A stretch of DNA of 64,000 nt, taken from NCBI GenBank assembly GCA_030141605.1, contig JAQGDQ010000044.1, positions 124,001 to 188,000 of the forward strand, written 5' to 3'. A model generated the notes under the pieces. The model was not told where the DNA came from, ran no database searches, and saw only the letters and a program-made list of their open reading frames with translations. Shown piece after piece: positions 40,895-53,692 of the stretch. Made by a program: the position numbers and the translations under genes. This DNA comes from Tubiluchus corallicola. Its lineage: Eukaryota; Animalia; Priapulida. Position 1 is the stretch's first letter, and every line of letters begins with the position of its first letter.

Positions 40895-41227
40895 ATGCGT
40901 TCAGACTAGCGAATTTTCTGTCGCGAATTTTCTCTCTGACAGCAAATTCATAAATGAAAACTGCTTTCTGAGTTACTTTCGGCAAGTTAGTGCAAACTCT
41001 CCGTCAGTTGCTGCGAGTTGATTTACTGTGAGTCTAGCGTGAACGCCTCGGCGAGTTACTCTCGAACCTCTTCACAATGAATAGAGAAGGAAGTGTCAGC
41101 TTGCACTTACTGTAGGAGAGTAGCTCGCAGCAAGTTCGGCAATCAAAACACACTTACGAATAACTTAGCGAGGTATTTGGCGAGCTTACTTGCCCAGAAA
41201 ACTCGCTAGGTAGTCTGAAAGCGTCAT
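40895..41227. mobile_element. PIF/Harbinger-like MITE
   Basis: Imperfect termini atgcgttcagactagcga / tcgctaggtagtctgaaagcgtcat, with internal agcgag/ctcgc repeats. Resembles the cgtttacactagcga motif of the Harbinger element at 61.8 kb. Confidence 0.55.
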
Positions 41228-41723
41228 TAGTGTGGTTACATCACTAAGGCGAACATTTATTGTAATATTTATTCCAGGCTCTGACAATGGATAATTGTGA
41301 AAATGACGCAGAGGTCTACTTTTGAAGTCATTCGGGTCTAACTCATTTTCGAACTGTCTATCTAACGCCAATTCTGCAGAGTCCTTCGGCAAGAAACTAT
41401 ATGTTAGAGTAAACATTGTATCCAGTAAATTTTTTTAACTGCTAATTATATCATGACTGCGAATGCCAGAATGTTACTGTACTTTTACTGAATGTAATAG
41501 AATATTTTTTAAATTGTATTCAGCCAGATCTGACGCCTTTTTAAACTGAAGCTCACAAACGTAGGCGTAAGTTTTGGTTGCTTTAGCTAAATTTTTAGAG
41601 TTCTAATTTCAGTCACGAATCAGGACAAAAGTTACTGCTTATTTATCGCACATGTCCGACCTGTGAATTGTTCAAGAATTAGCAAGGTCGGCGAAGCGAG
41701 TATGCATCGCCCTTTCATAGGCA

Positions 41724-42002
41724 CTAGAGATGCTTCTTTTTCATGTTCTTGCGAGACGGCCCACGACAGCTTCGCATTGACAGTTGAATGTATATTAGTA
41801 AGTCAAAGTGCCAGTTAAGTTGCAAAAATCTGTGGTAAAAGCTTTTACGCAGCTGTAATGTCAGTCTTGAATTCTTAATCTGTGATTTCTGATCTCTGAG
41901 GGACTCGTCAGTGTGGGTTGCGGTCATGCAGAGGGAAGCTCGTTTAGCTGACGAGCGCTCTAGAGGTGATCGAAGCCTGGATGCATTTAACGTAAGGTGC
42001 AA
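41724..42002 (-). pseudogene. Unidentified coding-derived fragment; partial disrupted paralog at 44453-44592
   Basis: Across 39 aligned codons the two copies differ by 10 synonymous and 4 non-synonymous changes in this frame (manual count). Confidence 0.5.
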
Positions 42003-44131
42003 ACATGCAGATGTGTCAGACCTTCCATGACTGTAGATCTTATCTAAGGAATTCTTACTTATGGTGTGAGGGTATTCATATATATATAAACTTTATTTAT
42101 TTTAAGTGGCTTGGCATACAGCAGTATTACTGATCGGAGTTTTTTCACTGTGCAAGAATACATTTTAGTTGAGAACAGATATATACAACTAGTTATCAAG
42201 AATACAGTTTCATAAATAGTTAAAAAACACAAGAGATTCATTAGTTAACACTTAAAATTAAATATACAAAGCCCACAGAGTAGAGAAGCGATACAAAAAA
42301 CAATTCTCAATGTACAACATCCTATTAGTTATACAAAAGTGTGGTTCTTTGATAACTGCTGTTTAATTCAAAATTCAAGATAATTCAAGTTACAAATCAA
42401 TATACAATTACAATTACGCGTACAATCAATTAGCAAACCGTTTAGTTGACTTTATGCAGTTCTGCAGCAATGTGAAGAGATCTATAAATACTAGTAGGTA
42501 TGGGTATATCGAAAGAGGGCTTTAGTGACTTCACTGTAAGGTACTTTGATTCGAATGTAATTTAGATTATGAGTCCTTGTTGAATTCGATTCAGTAATCT
42601 CAATCCAACCCAGTTTGATTTTATTCCATCCAATATCACCAAATCCAATCCGTTCTCATCTACTTTGTTTCCATCAGCCAAATTCGGTTCAAAGTAGCTT
42701 ACTCCACCATTACGATCCAGTCCATTACAGTCAAGCGCATTCTACTCCGGTCCAATCCAGTCCAGTCCAGTACAGCTCTAGGGTTGTCCAGTGTGACTCG
42801 GTCCAATCGGTTTAATTCTGTTCAAACAGACCTCGGAAAAACGGAGGAGTTTGGCTTGACAACAGTAACGAAAATAAGAGAAAAATCGACGATGGGTCAG
42901 CGTCCTATTTGTTTAGAAACGCGCCGATTAATTTCCTATAGAAACAAAAACATAATAAGTAAATAAATATAAATAAATGTAATTATAAAATTTATTAAAT
43001 GGTGTAAATCAATTATTAAACTTACTAAACAAAGAAGTAATAAATCAATGAATGAATAAACAAACAAACAAGCAAATAAATAAATATGAGTAGAAGTAAT
43101 TATAAAGTTTATCAAATGGTGATTTCTTCCCAGCTTAAAGACTGAGGAATTATTTGTGGACTTATTGTTGTCTAAATTACATTTTTCTAGTAATAGAAGT
43201 TTGCTTAGTATTCTAGAATACGAATATTTCCCTAGAGACTGATATTCTTATTATTTACATAATTGACAATCCATATGCGATGCGCAGGCATGACAAATAG
43301 ATATTCTACATTGTAATAAGCCATGTAGATTTCAATAATCTTATTCCTCCATTAAAGGCAGAATGCCGTCCCTAAATATTGAGCTTCAGATATTGCAGGA
43401 TATCAGTGGTGAAAAATGCGTGCAAGGATTTTAAATTCATGCTGCTGGCATTGGGTTCAGCTACATGTGCTTAAATTGCGTTTGCCTTTTTAGAAGATTG
43501 ACCGTTGAACACCGTTTGCCTTAGCCGTCGTTTTTTCGTGTATCAGAATTTTCAGATACAGGAATGCCACTGTTGTGTCATATATTTTTCAAGGTATTGC
43601 TTCCACATTATAGTGTTCCTAATGTCCGTCATGCAAAACTTATTAAGATTACAATTTAATGTCTTGAACTAAACAGTATCTTTATTAAACACTAAAAAAC
43701 GAAACGACAATAAAAGCTTTCACATTATCACAGCCATGTCGTTCTGCTTCACAACACTAAACTACTCGCTGATGCCACTCAGACAACAATGCTGCACGTG
43801 CTGCCATCTACTAATAACAATGCATACCTTACACACATGAAACTCTTTGACATCGATTATTAGTTTGGACAATGTGAGACGGGTGCCAATGGCTGGTTTG
43901 CTTTTCTCACGCCACCATGGTTGATTCTCATCACAGATGTTTCAATAATTTGACTATTGAATCCCAGCCATTTTTGTGTCTTCTTTTTCATTTTAAGCGA
44001 TTAAACGTTTGTCAGATTATCTGCAGAAAATTATTCCGCACTTCAAAGACGTAGGTAAACTTGTACAATTTTTCCTAAATTTTAGTAAACCATAAATATT
44101 CGAATTTTAACTTTTTTTCTTACCAGGCCTA

Positions 44132-44385
44132 CATAGGCGTGCGGACCGAATCACCAGCGAGAGGAGCTGAGCCACTTTTGCCTGAAAAGTTCAGAATTAA
44201 CTTCGAGCCGGGAATCGTCTCATCCCTTGATAAAAAATCCCCTTTCGAGATTTCCTTTTATGAAAAATGTTGTTTTGTTTTTTCATCATTTGGCCGGTGC
44301 CCGAAACATTTTTTAATGATTGCCCGAATCGGGGGGGGGGGTACTGCAGTCCCTACCTCCCCGTCCCCCGGCTCGTACGCCTACG
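44132..44385. mobile_element. hAT-type MITE, same family as 29893-30200, opposite orientation
   Basis: cataggcgtgcg ... cgtacgcctacg termini; flanks caggccta / cagccta. Internal tttggccggtgccc matches the other copy inverted. Confidence 0.8.
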
Positions 44386-45809
44386 CAGCCTATATCCTAA
44401 TAGCGTTTGTTTTTCTGTTTATTTGTACACTTGCTATGTTTGTTTGTTACAGTTGACAGTTGGTGTATATTAGTAGGTCAAAATGCCAGTTTAGTTGCAA
44501 AAATCTTTGGTAAGAGGCTAAAAGTTCTTAGGCAGCTGTAGTGTCAATCTAGAATTCTTAATCTGCGATTTCTGATCTTTTAGGGATTCGTGACTCTTCT
44601 GTATGGAATTGAATAAATTATTAAAGAATTAAGAAGTAGCTATTTATGTAAGTTGTTGTTCAAATAGCTAGCTGGATAGCTAATTAGTTAGTGAATTAAG
44701 TATGTATTTAATTGATTTATTGATTACGTTATTCATTTTAATTAATTAATTGGTTGCATTCGATTTAATTTAAGGTAGTCCTGCTCTATAACTTCTGAAT
44801 TTTTTGTTTGTTTTTGATACAGAAATTATGGTTAGTCATACTGTGCAGTTTAACGAATGTTTTTTGCGATTGGCTGACATCTGACTGAATTTCATTAGCT
44901 GTGCATATTTGTATACCTACTGTATTGATCATAAATGGCCAGTCTGGAAAATCATCTAAATTGCGTTTATTCGGTTTACAAATGTATTGCCGTAGTCATA
45001 TTGTAGCGTAATATTTCGTAATTGCCCATTCACTTGAACTGTAGCAGCTTTCGCCGTAAGCAACAATAACTAGCTCACCTGACAAAACAAACTTTACCAT
45101 TTTTGTTGATTGTTCCGAAACTGACGAAACTGCAGGTTGCTGTTTTGGATAACTCCTAAAACTTCACCACTTTGAGTGGTTATTTACCGTCCATTTTCGG
45201 GGGAATTATGTGTGAGTGATTGAAACTGACTTGCTCTACTTTCAGAAAACTCCTAAAACTTCATCACTTAGTTGAGTAATCGTTTAACATCCCGAACCCC
45301 ATATTTTGGTGATTACAATGAGCCATTTTTGAAGGACACGAAACTTCAAATTATAGTACTTCAAAGCTTTAAATATGATATAATGTTTCTGCAATAATTC
45401 TTGGTTTCAAATAAGCCGACCGGTGTATTTCTGTTCAAATTAGATAATTGCCCTTCGTGTCAGTGAAACAAAATGTGTTCTTAAACTTCTCAACACGATG
45501 GAAAATAGTCTGAAAACGGCTACTAGACCGGATGAACTATTTCTGGCTCTGTAAGCATTCTTCATCCTTCGTCTACCGGTGCATTTGTAATTACACGTTG
45601 ACTTTTAATAAACAATTTAATAATGACAGCAAAATAAATCAAAATGCCCATTAAGTCTGAAAAAATTCTTTATTTTTCTCAGAAGCTTTCGTTCCTCGCG
45701 GACTTCATCAGCCGACATGATATAGCTAACCTCTTTCAACATATTGAGAAAAATAAAGAATTTTTTCAGACTTAATAATAATTTTGACTTCTTTTTTAGT
45801 TATTACTAT

Positions 45810-46026
45810 AAGAATATGAATATGAATATGAATATGAATATGAATGTGAATGTGAATATGAATATGAATACGAATATGAATACGAATATGAATAGGAATA
45901 GGAATATGAATATGAATATGAACATGAACATGAACATGAACATGAACATGAACATGAATATGAATATGGACATAAATATGAACAAGAATAAGAATATGAA
46001 TAAGAATAAGAATATAAATAAGAATT
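45810..46026. repeat. (AATATG)n hexanucleotide microsatellite with variants
   Basis: Seen directly; generates the NMNM ORF. Confidence 0.95.
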
Positions 46027-46681
46027 TATTTTTACACAGATACATTGTAAATAGTTTTAAAAGCTATTATTTCCAGAATGGTTCATAATTGTTAGTAGGT
46101 AATGTTAGTAGGTGGCCCATGGCAAGTCTTGGAAGAACACTATCTTATTTTCAATCTAATTACTAAGTATGATTAAGTAAGAGAATTAATAATGATCCCA
46201 TGCAACTGATAATCTATTCATCAAAACGCCTGCCCCCATTCTGCCTTTATGCTGCTCTTGTTTGCTTAATGTTACAATAACAATTTACGCACTCGCAAAA
46301 CTGCAATGCCAGTCATCACACGGTAATAAATTAACATTCTATGATACTGTCAGCACCACACGCAGCCATGATAATTTGCTCTCAACTGTTGACACATTTT
46401 TCTTTCATAATAACGTGCTTGGCATTGTTGGGCAGCCCCACTTGTGATAAAGTGTTGAATAGTGAAGCCCTGGCTTACATGTAATGACCCGCATTTTTCC
46501 ATGCCATGGCTTCATTTTCTGGCTAGATTGGCAGTTGTGGACCGAGACATCAACAGCAGCTTGGATACTAAGAAAGATGTTACATGTAGTTGATAAAGTT
46601 CATTGCTTCACGCCAAACAAAACTGCAGTATTTAAAAAACGGCGGGAGCTTTTAACATGCTTATGAAATTTCAAGGCTAAA

Positions 46682-46776
46682 GTTTACAATTCCCCACACA
46701 CAAGATATTAGTTCGTGAAGCGGATTAAGATTAGGGTTAGGATTATGGTATTTAAATTGTGGGGGGAATTGTAAAC
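46682..46776. mobile_element. 95-bp mini inverted-repeat element with telomere-like core
   Basis: Perfect 14-bp inverted ends gtttacaattcccc / ggggaattgtaaac around gattagggttaggattatggt. Confidence 0.6.
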
Positions 46777-47099
46777 GCTTTCCAATTTCTGATTATTCAG
46801 CTCGGAAAGTGCTTACCCTATATAAAAAATCCACCTTCAATATGAGCATTTGTGACAAAAATCGATAATATATCAAAACAAGTATAGCCGTACATCTTAG
46901 CTAAGACAACTTTGATATGGCTGCTATATTGATGTCAGAAAATCAATAACTGGCTAACTTGCGTAACTTCCTGCACAAACGTGGCCGAAAACCTCGACCA
47001 GACACTCAGCATGGCCACTTGCCAGAAAACCAATAACTTTTCAACATAATCATGGCCATCATTGTGCACCACGCTCGTGCACAAATGTCATTCAGATGT

Positions 47100-47234
<135 letters not shown>

Positions 47235-47419
47235 ACGTTTTTCTTTTTTATCTTGTCTTGTTTTTTCCGAATGCCTTAATTTGTTTGGTAGTAGTTCAGA
47301 AACTGAACCCGTGTGTTCACCTATTTGCTTGTTTTTCATACATATTTTAATTACTAATGCATTCGCTTTTTGTACGTTTTATAGTCATTCGTTTATTCGG
47401 CCGTTAATTTAGTTATACA

Positions 47420-47752
47420 TTCAACCATTCACCCATCTGTTCATCCATCCATCTGTCCATCCATCCATCCATCCATCCATCCATCCATCCATCCATCCAT
47501 CCATCCATCCATCCATCCGACCGTCCGTCCGTCCGACCGTCCGTCCGTCCATCTATCCATCCATCCAGCCATCCATCCGTCCATCCAACCATCCATCCAT
47601 CCATCCATCCATCCATCCATCCATCCATCCATCCATCCATCCATCCATCCATCCATCCATCCATCCATTCATCCATCCATCCGACCGTCCGTTCGCCCGT
47701 ACATCCATCCGTCCATCCATCCAGCCATCCATCCGTCCATCCAACCATCCAA
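47420..47752. repeat. (CATC)n/(CGTC)n microsatellite
   Basis: Seen directly. The variant block ccagccatccatccgtccatccaacc occurs twice. Confidence 0.98.
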
Positions 47753-50063
47753 TCACATAATCACTTGTTCTCAGCAAACCACAACCACGAATTTAGCTAT
47801 TATTGGGTGATATTATTGGGTGATATCATCAGCTGGCTTTCAACAGAATGATGGTTTTCAACATTCATCTAACTAGAAGTGCGTTTCTAAAGTCTTGTGT
47901 AACAGGCTCATACCTTTGTCCTTGAATGTTGTGCTACTGATGCCCTTTTCCCCGTATTTTCCCAGAATTGCAAAACTCACTTAATGAATCACCCACCTAC
48001 TAACCTTGCTAACCTGGCACAGAGGGACTGTATTTATTAAATAAGGATGCCCATTTCTAAGTTAAAGGCTTTTAGAATCCTATAAATTGCTTAATACATC
48101 TTAAAATGAATTGACTATGGTCTGTTTAACTCAATCATCAGTCGATTATATCATGTGGCATGCATTAACTCTGCATGCAAAGACACATGAGATAGATCCC
48201 ATTCAATAATTTAATTCGGCAATTGTGTATGAGACAGCCTTGCCCTTCACTTACTATGAAAGTAATGTTGTTTAGGATTTTTACTGTTTTTGTTATCAGA
48301 TTTCTAATAATTTCACGTGGGAGAGGAAAGTAACACCTTCTGAGATGTCATGATTCGGCCAGAGTTTACACGGATTCATTATGTATTGTATGCAGTAAGA
48401 TGTATGTGGGCGGAGCTACATGGCGGAGTAAATTGTGAATAGGAAATTTTAAATGAAGTGAGTGGAAAGGATACAACTTTCCTTATTGTTTAGAGCAAGT
48501 CCGTAATGCTCTATTTAATTAAGCAGAAACCACATTTTAAACACTCACAACTGAGGATGATATTAGACAGGTTTGAAACGTTTTGTGATTTTATTTTAAT
48601 AATATGAACATGTTTTATGCAATCGGTCTGTGCTTGAATTTTTTTATTATTACTGATGTTTCCGAAGACAAATCTGTTGCTGCTAAAATATTTGGCTACT
48701 TGGAGTCTCCTTAATAAAAATTGTCATTTTACAAACATTAATATCATCACGATATGCACTTTATAGTTTCATGAACAACACAAATTTCTTTTAACAATTT
48801 ACACTATTTCTGTGTTATTCTACTTTCACTGGAGTATTCTCACTGCAATCAATTTTCAGGTTTTGCAATTTACTCTCTGATAATGACGTGACCAGGATAT
48901 TTCAGTATAACAGTGCAGGCCTTGATGGAATAAGTTTGAATGAAGCACGAGGCCTAGTATTACGCACTCACACTGCATAAGTCTTTTCACAGTTTCGTTG
49001 TGTACACACGCAGTTGCCGTAGGACAAAGGTTAAGTGAACAACAACAACCACGTGACATGTGGGTAAAGCAAAGCCGATTACCGCATCAGTTCAGTAACT
49101 TCAGTTGTTTTACATGGACTTTACTTAATTATGCATTAGTCTATGCGATGTAGAGTGATTTACTAGCATAGAAAAATGAAAAAAATGAACTAGGTAAGGT
49201 TCTAGCTAGCTGTTAAAACTGTTACATATATGACAATAGCATGGGCTGCGAGGCATTGTCGTAGTCAAGCGTACATAAATGTGTTGTCTGGTTCACTTAA
49301 CCTTAGACCTTTTCACGATCATCACCTTTCGCTGGAACTGTGAGAAGGCTTATTCATATAGAAGCTTGCACTTATTGAAATAATTAATATACGTCACACA
49401 ATTGGCAGCGTAAACCAACAATTGATTATTTAAGCTCGAATAAAAATAAAAATGCCTTATACCATATCTTAAGAATAATTATCCCTTTATAAAAATTCGC
49501 TATACCAACTAAATACTAGTACATGAATTTGCGAAGACAACCCAGCCTGCTTCGTACATTATAATCGAACTTCATCATTTTATAGACATATGTGGAACAT
49601 TGTTAACTTTACCCTTATGATATGAATCGTTTCAGAAGATTAGTAGCCCAGGTACTAATAACACGAGTTTATTGTTTGCTTTGCATACTAATAAAGGTAC
49701 AGTCAACAGAAACCACGTAATTTTAATTATTTGATACGCTACCATTACAGGCTGTCTGTTATCTTAGGTCAGATAAAACACAAAAAGCAGTAGCGATCTG
49801 AAACAGTTAAATAAATTATACGCTGCAAGTTGTTGCGCAATTTTCAGATACGTGTTCAGAACGTGGAAAGCAAACGAACCGTCGAAAAATCTGAGTCTTT
49901 TTTCCCTGAAGAAAGAGGAGAATTTTAGTGGTTATTAGGACCACTTCGCGTAACTACAATACTGCTACACTGTTTTTTTGTTAGCCAAGAAGGACAACAT
50001 CATTTTATTTAATTATTAGACACTGTTATGACGATAACGTAAGATTAAATGAAATGATAAATA

Positions 50064-50383
50064 GCTGTATGTTACTTTGCAAACATATCAATTTCGTTAA
50101 ACGAATAGCATGATTTATTTGAATTGTAAGCAGTAAATTTAGTTCAGTTTTTTGCTGACCATGTTTACTTTAGTAATGTTAAGATAAATACATATCTATA
50201 ATAATAATCAATATATATATAATCAATATAATCAGTATATCAATAGCAATAACATACATAAAGACCTGTATGCTACTTTGCAAACGTATCAGTTTCGTTA
50301 AACGAGTAGCTTGGTATATTAGAATTGTAAGCAATAAATTTGCCCAGCTTTTTGCTGACCATATTCACTTTAGTAATGTTAGG
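50064..50383. repeat. Diverged direct duplication of ~120 bp (50064-50183 and 50265-50383)
   Basis: ctgtatg(t/c)tactttgcaaac...tttttgctgaccat...ctttagtaatgtta is present twice. Confidence 0.85.
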
Positions 50384-51127
50384 AGCCACTATGCAACTAA
50401 TGCATTATATAAGAATGACTTTAGTCGCGCAATCCTACAACCCGACAGACTGGCAATCAGCCGAGCGGCTTATCGAATCATGCAACTTAGTGCTACGTAA
50501 CATTGGCATACTGCTGGCTGCTGGGTTACATAGAGCGTGAAACTTTCTGCACATGAGTAAAATTATTACCTTAATTTACATGAAAATTCATCTTCGCTTT
50601 ATTAAATCATAAATTTACGGAAAATTTTACACCGTTCCCATAAACGCCATAATTGGACTTTTCAAATGGCGCGTCTAAACTAGTTTGTTTGGTAAATATT
50701 AAAAAAGTTATTCAAAAAAAGTTTCATTGTGGCATTAAAATTTAGTAATTAATTGCATCAATTCCTAGAGACAGCTTGACAATTAATATTGTCATTGAGT
50801 TGTAAAATATCGTAGGACTCACACTAATACTTAGTTTACAGTCTGAACACCTACGATTTCAGTTCCGGGTTCAGTAGAATATAGAATTCTTGGATTCAAT
50901 TCCCGGTTCCTACGTCAGGTCTTTTTCTCTTATGAAGTGTTGGTGATGATTTCAGGCAGTAAAAACACTAAATTTCATATCTAATATCTTGCTGCCACAA
51001 TCTTCTAATTAGCTGCAGATATGATTGCAGAATTCTCAGTGAACTGCTGCTGTTAGGCAAAAACGCACCTCCGTCCCAACGCTATGAATTATTACGAAAT
51101 TCATTGTTTAAAGCTAGATGGCTTATG

Positions 51128-51280
51128 TTGTTGTCATTGCAATTGTCGCTGTCATTATCATTGTCATTTTCATTGTTATTGTTATTGTCAATGTCATTGT
51201 CATTGTCATTGTCACTGTCATTGTCATTGTCGTTATCACTGTCACTGTCATTATCATTATCTAGTGATATCATTGTCGTT
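51128..51280. repeat. (TGTCAT)n degenerate microsatellite
   Basis: Seen directly. Confidence 0.9.
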
Positions 51281-52039
51281 ATTGTATGTATGGTACTTTA
51301 CGTACTGAACTAACAGTAAAATTCGAAATTCAGTAATACCTGCACATCCCTTCGCGAAACCCGTATGGTTGATGAAAATGCCACTCGTGCATGTTCTGAA
51401 TATTGCAAATAAATAAATAATTTCTTCTAGGCTGTGAGGAAATTAAAGACAGACGTAGGACGCTAATTATTGATTTTTCTGGTTGGTAGCTGCTCAAAAA
51501 ATCAATAATATTTAAAGCGGCGTGTGCTTTTGATTCGGTTGTTGGTCCACTGCTGCCCACAGCACACGCAAACTAACGAGGAAGGAGTGTTTTTCTAACT
51601 TACGATTTGGCTGTGGTTTCATTAGTGTGTGTGTCCTGTAGATGTTTTGATTCCTGGTTTTCCTGTAGCTTTCGCGGGAAAAGGATTTTTGGATTCTTCT
51701 GGGATAAGGTTTCCTTGAAGTACCTACGGCGATTGAGTTTTAACGAAACCGAAGACAAAATAAATAAGACAAGGAAGGGCATATTTTTCTTACGTTCAAT
51801 TTGAATATAAAGTTTCACGTTTGTCCTTCTGTTCTTTGGTGTTTATGCGATGTATTCTTCGCCTAAAGAAATATGTTAAACTAGGTGCAGTCTTGGTAGT
51901 ATGTCATAACCTTTGACCGGTGTTGGTAAAAATTTCACTGGTAAACCTGGCACAGGAAAAGAGCACAAATAGAAACATGGAGAAATGGCACACTTACATA
52001 ATATGAGTTTAGAGATAGGGGTGGGATAATTGTTTTAGT

Positions 52040-52580
52040 TATTTTCACCTCTGCCAAGCAAATTATGCTCCAACGCTGTTTGTTTGTTTGGTTGGTTGGT
52101 TGATTAGTTGATTGGTTGTTTTTGTCTATTACAGCAGTAAGCCTAATACGCAAAAAACCCCTTAACGGGTTTCCACGAAACTTTGACGAGAAACTGGGTA
52201 GGAAACAAAAAAAGATGCATTTCAGAACAGATGCCTGGACAATAACAGAGTTGAAAACTGCCAAAATCGGCGCTTTCGGCCATTTTTTTTCTTTAAGACT
52301 TAAACGCAAAAAACCCTTTAACGGGTTTCCACGAAACTTTGACGAGAAACTGGGTAGGAAACAAAAAAAGATGCATTATAAAACAGATGCCTGGACAATA
52401 ACAGAGTTGAAAACTGCCAAAATCGGCGTTTTCGGCCAGTTTTTTTCTTCAAGACTTGAGTAATTACGTATATATATTAACCAAACACCATATACAAAAA
52501 ATTCGTGAAGCACTTCATGGACTTCTCAGAGGACGTTGTCATAATTCTTTTGTAAAAGGAAGACTTGGCTAGATGACATT
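52040..52580 (+). mobile_element. Helentron/HINE (DINE-1-like) non-autonomous element with two 156-bp internal tandem units
   Basis: 5' tcacctctgccaag, then (GTTT/GTTG)n, tandem units starting at 52149 and 52305, and a partial inverted partner cttggctagatga at 52564. Confidence 0.6.
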
Positions 52581-53524
52581 GTAATTAATTCTTTTTTTAT
52601 TATCTCCACCAAGACAAATAACTGCGAATTAGTTCCAGGTTCAATTTTAAGAAACTCTTGTTTGGAAAACTGAGTAACGCTGTCTACAACCTTGAATTAT
52701 GCATGTATGTAGCCCTACGTAAAACCTGACTTCGTATGTAATTACGTATATTTGTCAGGCTATTATTCAATCGCAAGCTAGTTAAAGCAATGTAGACAAA
52801 CACTGTGTGGAATGTTCGTACATTATTGATTATCAATCTGTTTAATGAACAAAATATTTTGTGAGTCTTTGCTAGTCTATAATACTTCTTATAATGCAGC
52901 CATATTTTTGTATGTTCACTTATTTATCTTTGTTTCATATTTTTTGATCAAAAGAATCAGACGAACATGATTAGCATTTTGCTTCCTACTGAACGCATTC
53001 TAGATTGATTATAGAAATTATGCTCATCAAAATAACATTTTTCCACTTTTCCATTTGCACCATTTTTTCCAGTGACATTTTTACCTGTGCCGTTTTTACC
53101 TACATTCACTATAACCGGTTAGCGGTATACGAATCGAATACTGTGATTTGACAATATGTTATTCTGTATTACATGGAAAAAGTGCTGTAGATAAATACGT
53201 TTTTTTAGAAAAGCACATTTATCTCATGTGACCAAAGGTCACGACTTGAAGTTACAGCCCCCTCACTGTTGATTGTTCTAAAAAAAATTCAAGCAGCATA
53301 TATAAATTCTGAAGTCAACTCCCTGGTGCTGTCGGCGGAGCCCCCTTGGTCTGTGCTCAGACTAAAATGTTTAAAATATGCAATTCTTAAACAATAATCT
53401 GTTTTCTAACAGGCACCTGCAAGTTCTTTGTGCTTTTGTCCGTAATTTTTATCACTAGCCTTTTCTCTGTATTGTATATACGTTTTATCCTATTTACATA
53501 TTTTATGCTTTCTTGTAGATATAT

Positions 53525-53692
53525 CTGCTGCTACTGCCGCTATCGCTACTACTATTGCTGCTACTGCCTATTACTGCTACTACTGCTACTACTGCTACTA
53601 TTACTGCTACTGCTACTACTGCTGCTGCTGCTGCTGCTGCTACAGCAACTACTACTGCTACTGCTACTGCTATTACTACTACTAGTACTACG
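53525..53692. repeat. (CTA/CTG)n trinucleotide microsatellite
   Basis: Seen directly; generates the poly-L/T/A ORFs. Confidence 0.95.

Noticed and set aside
50860-50920. tRNA gene (B-box-like ggattcaattcccgg; similar motif at ~23762)
   Set aside because: No cloverleaf or acceptor stem could be formed; at most a SINE relic.
51935-52463. ORFs with an internal 52-aa repeat
   Set aside because: They arise from the 156-bp tandem unit of a non-autonomous element, whose length happens to be a multiple of 3.
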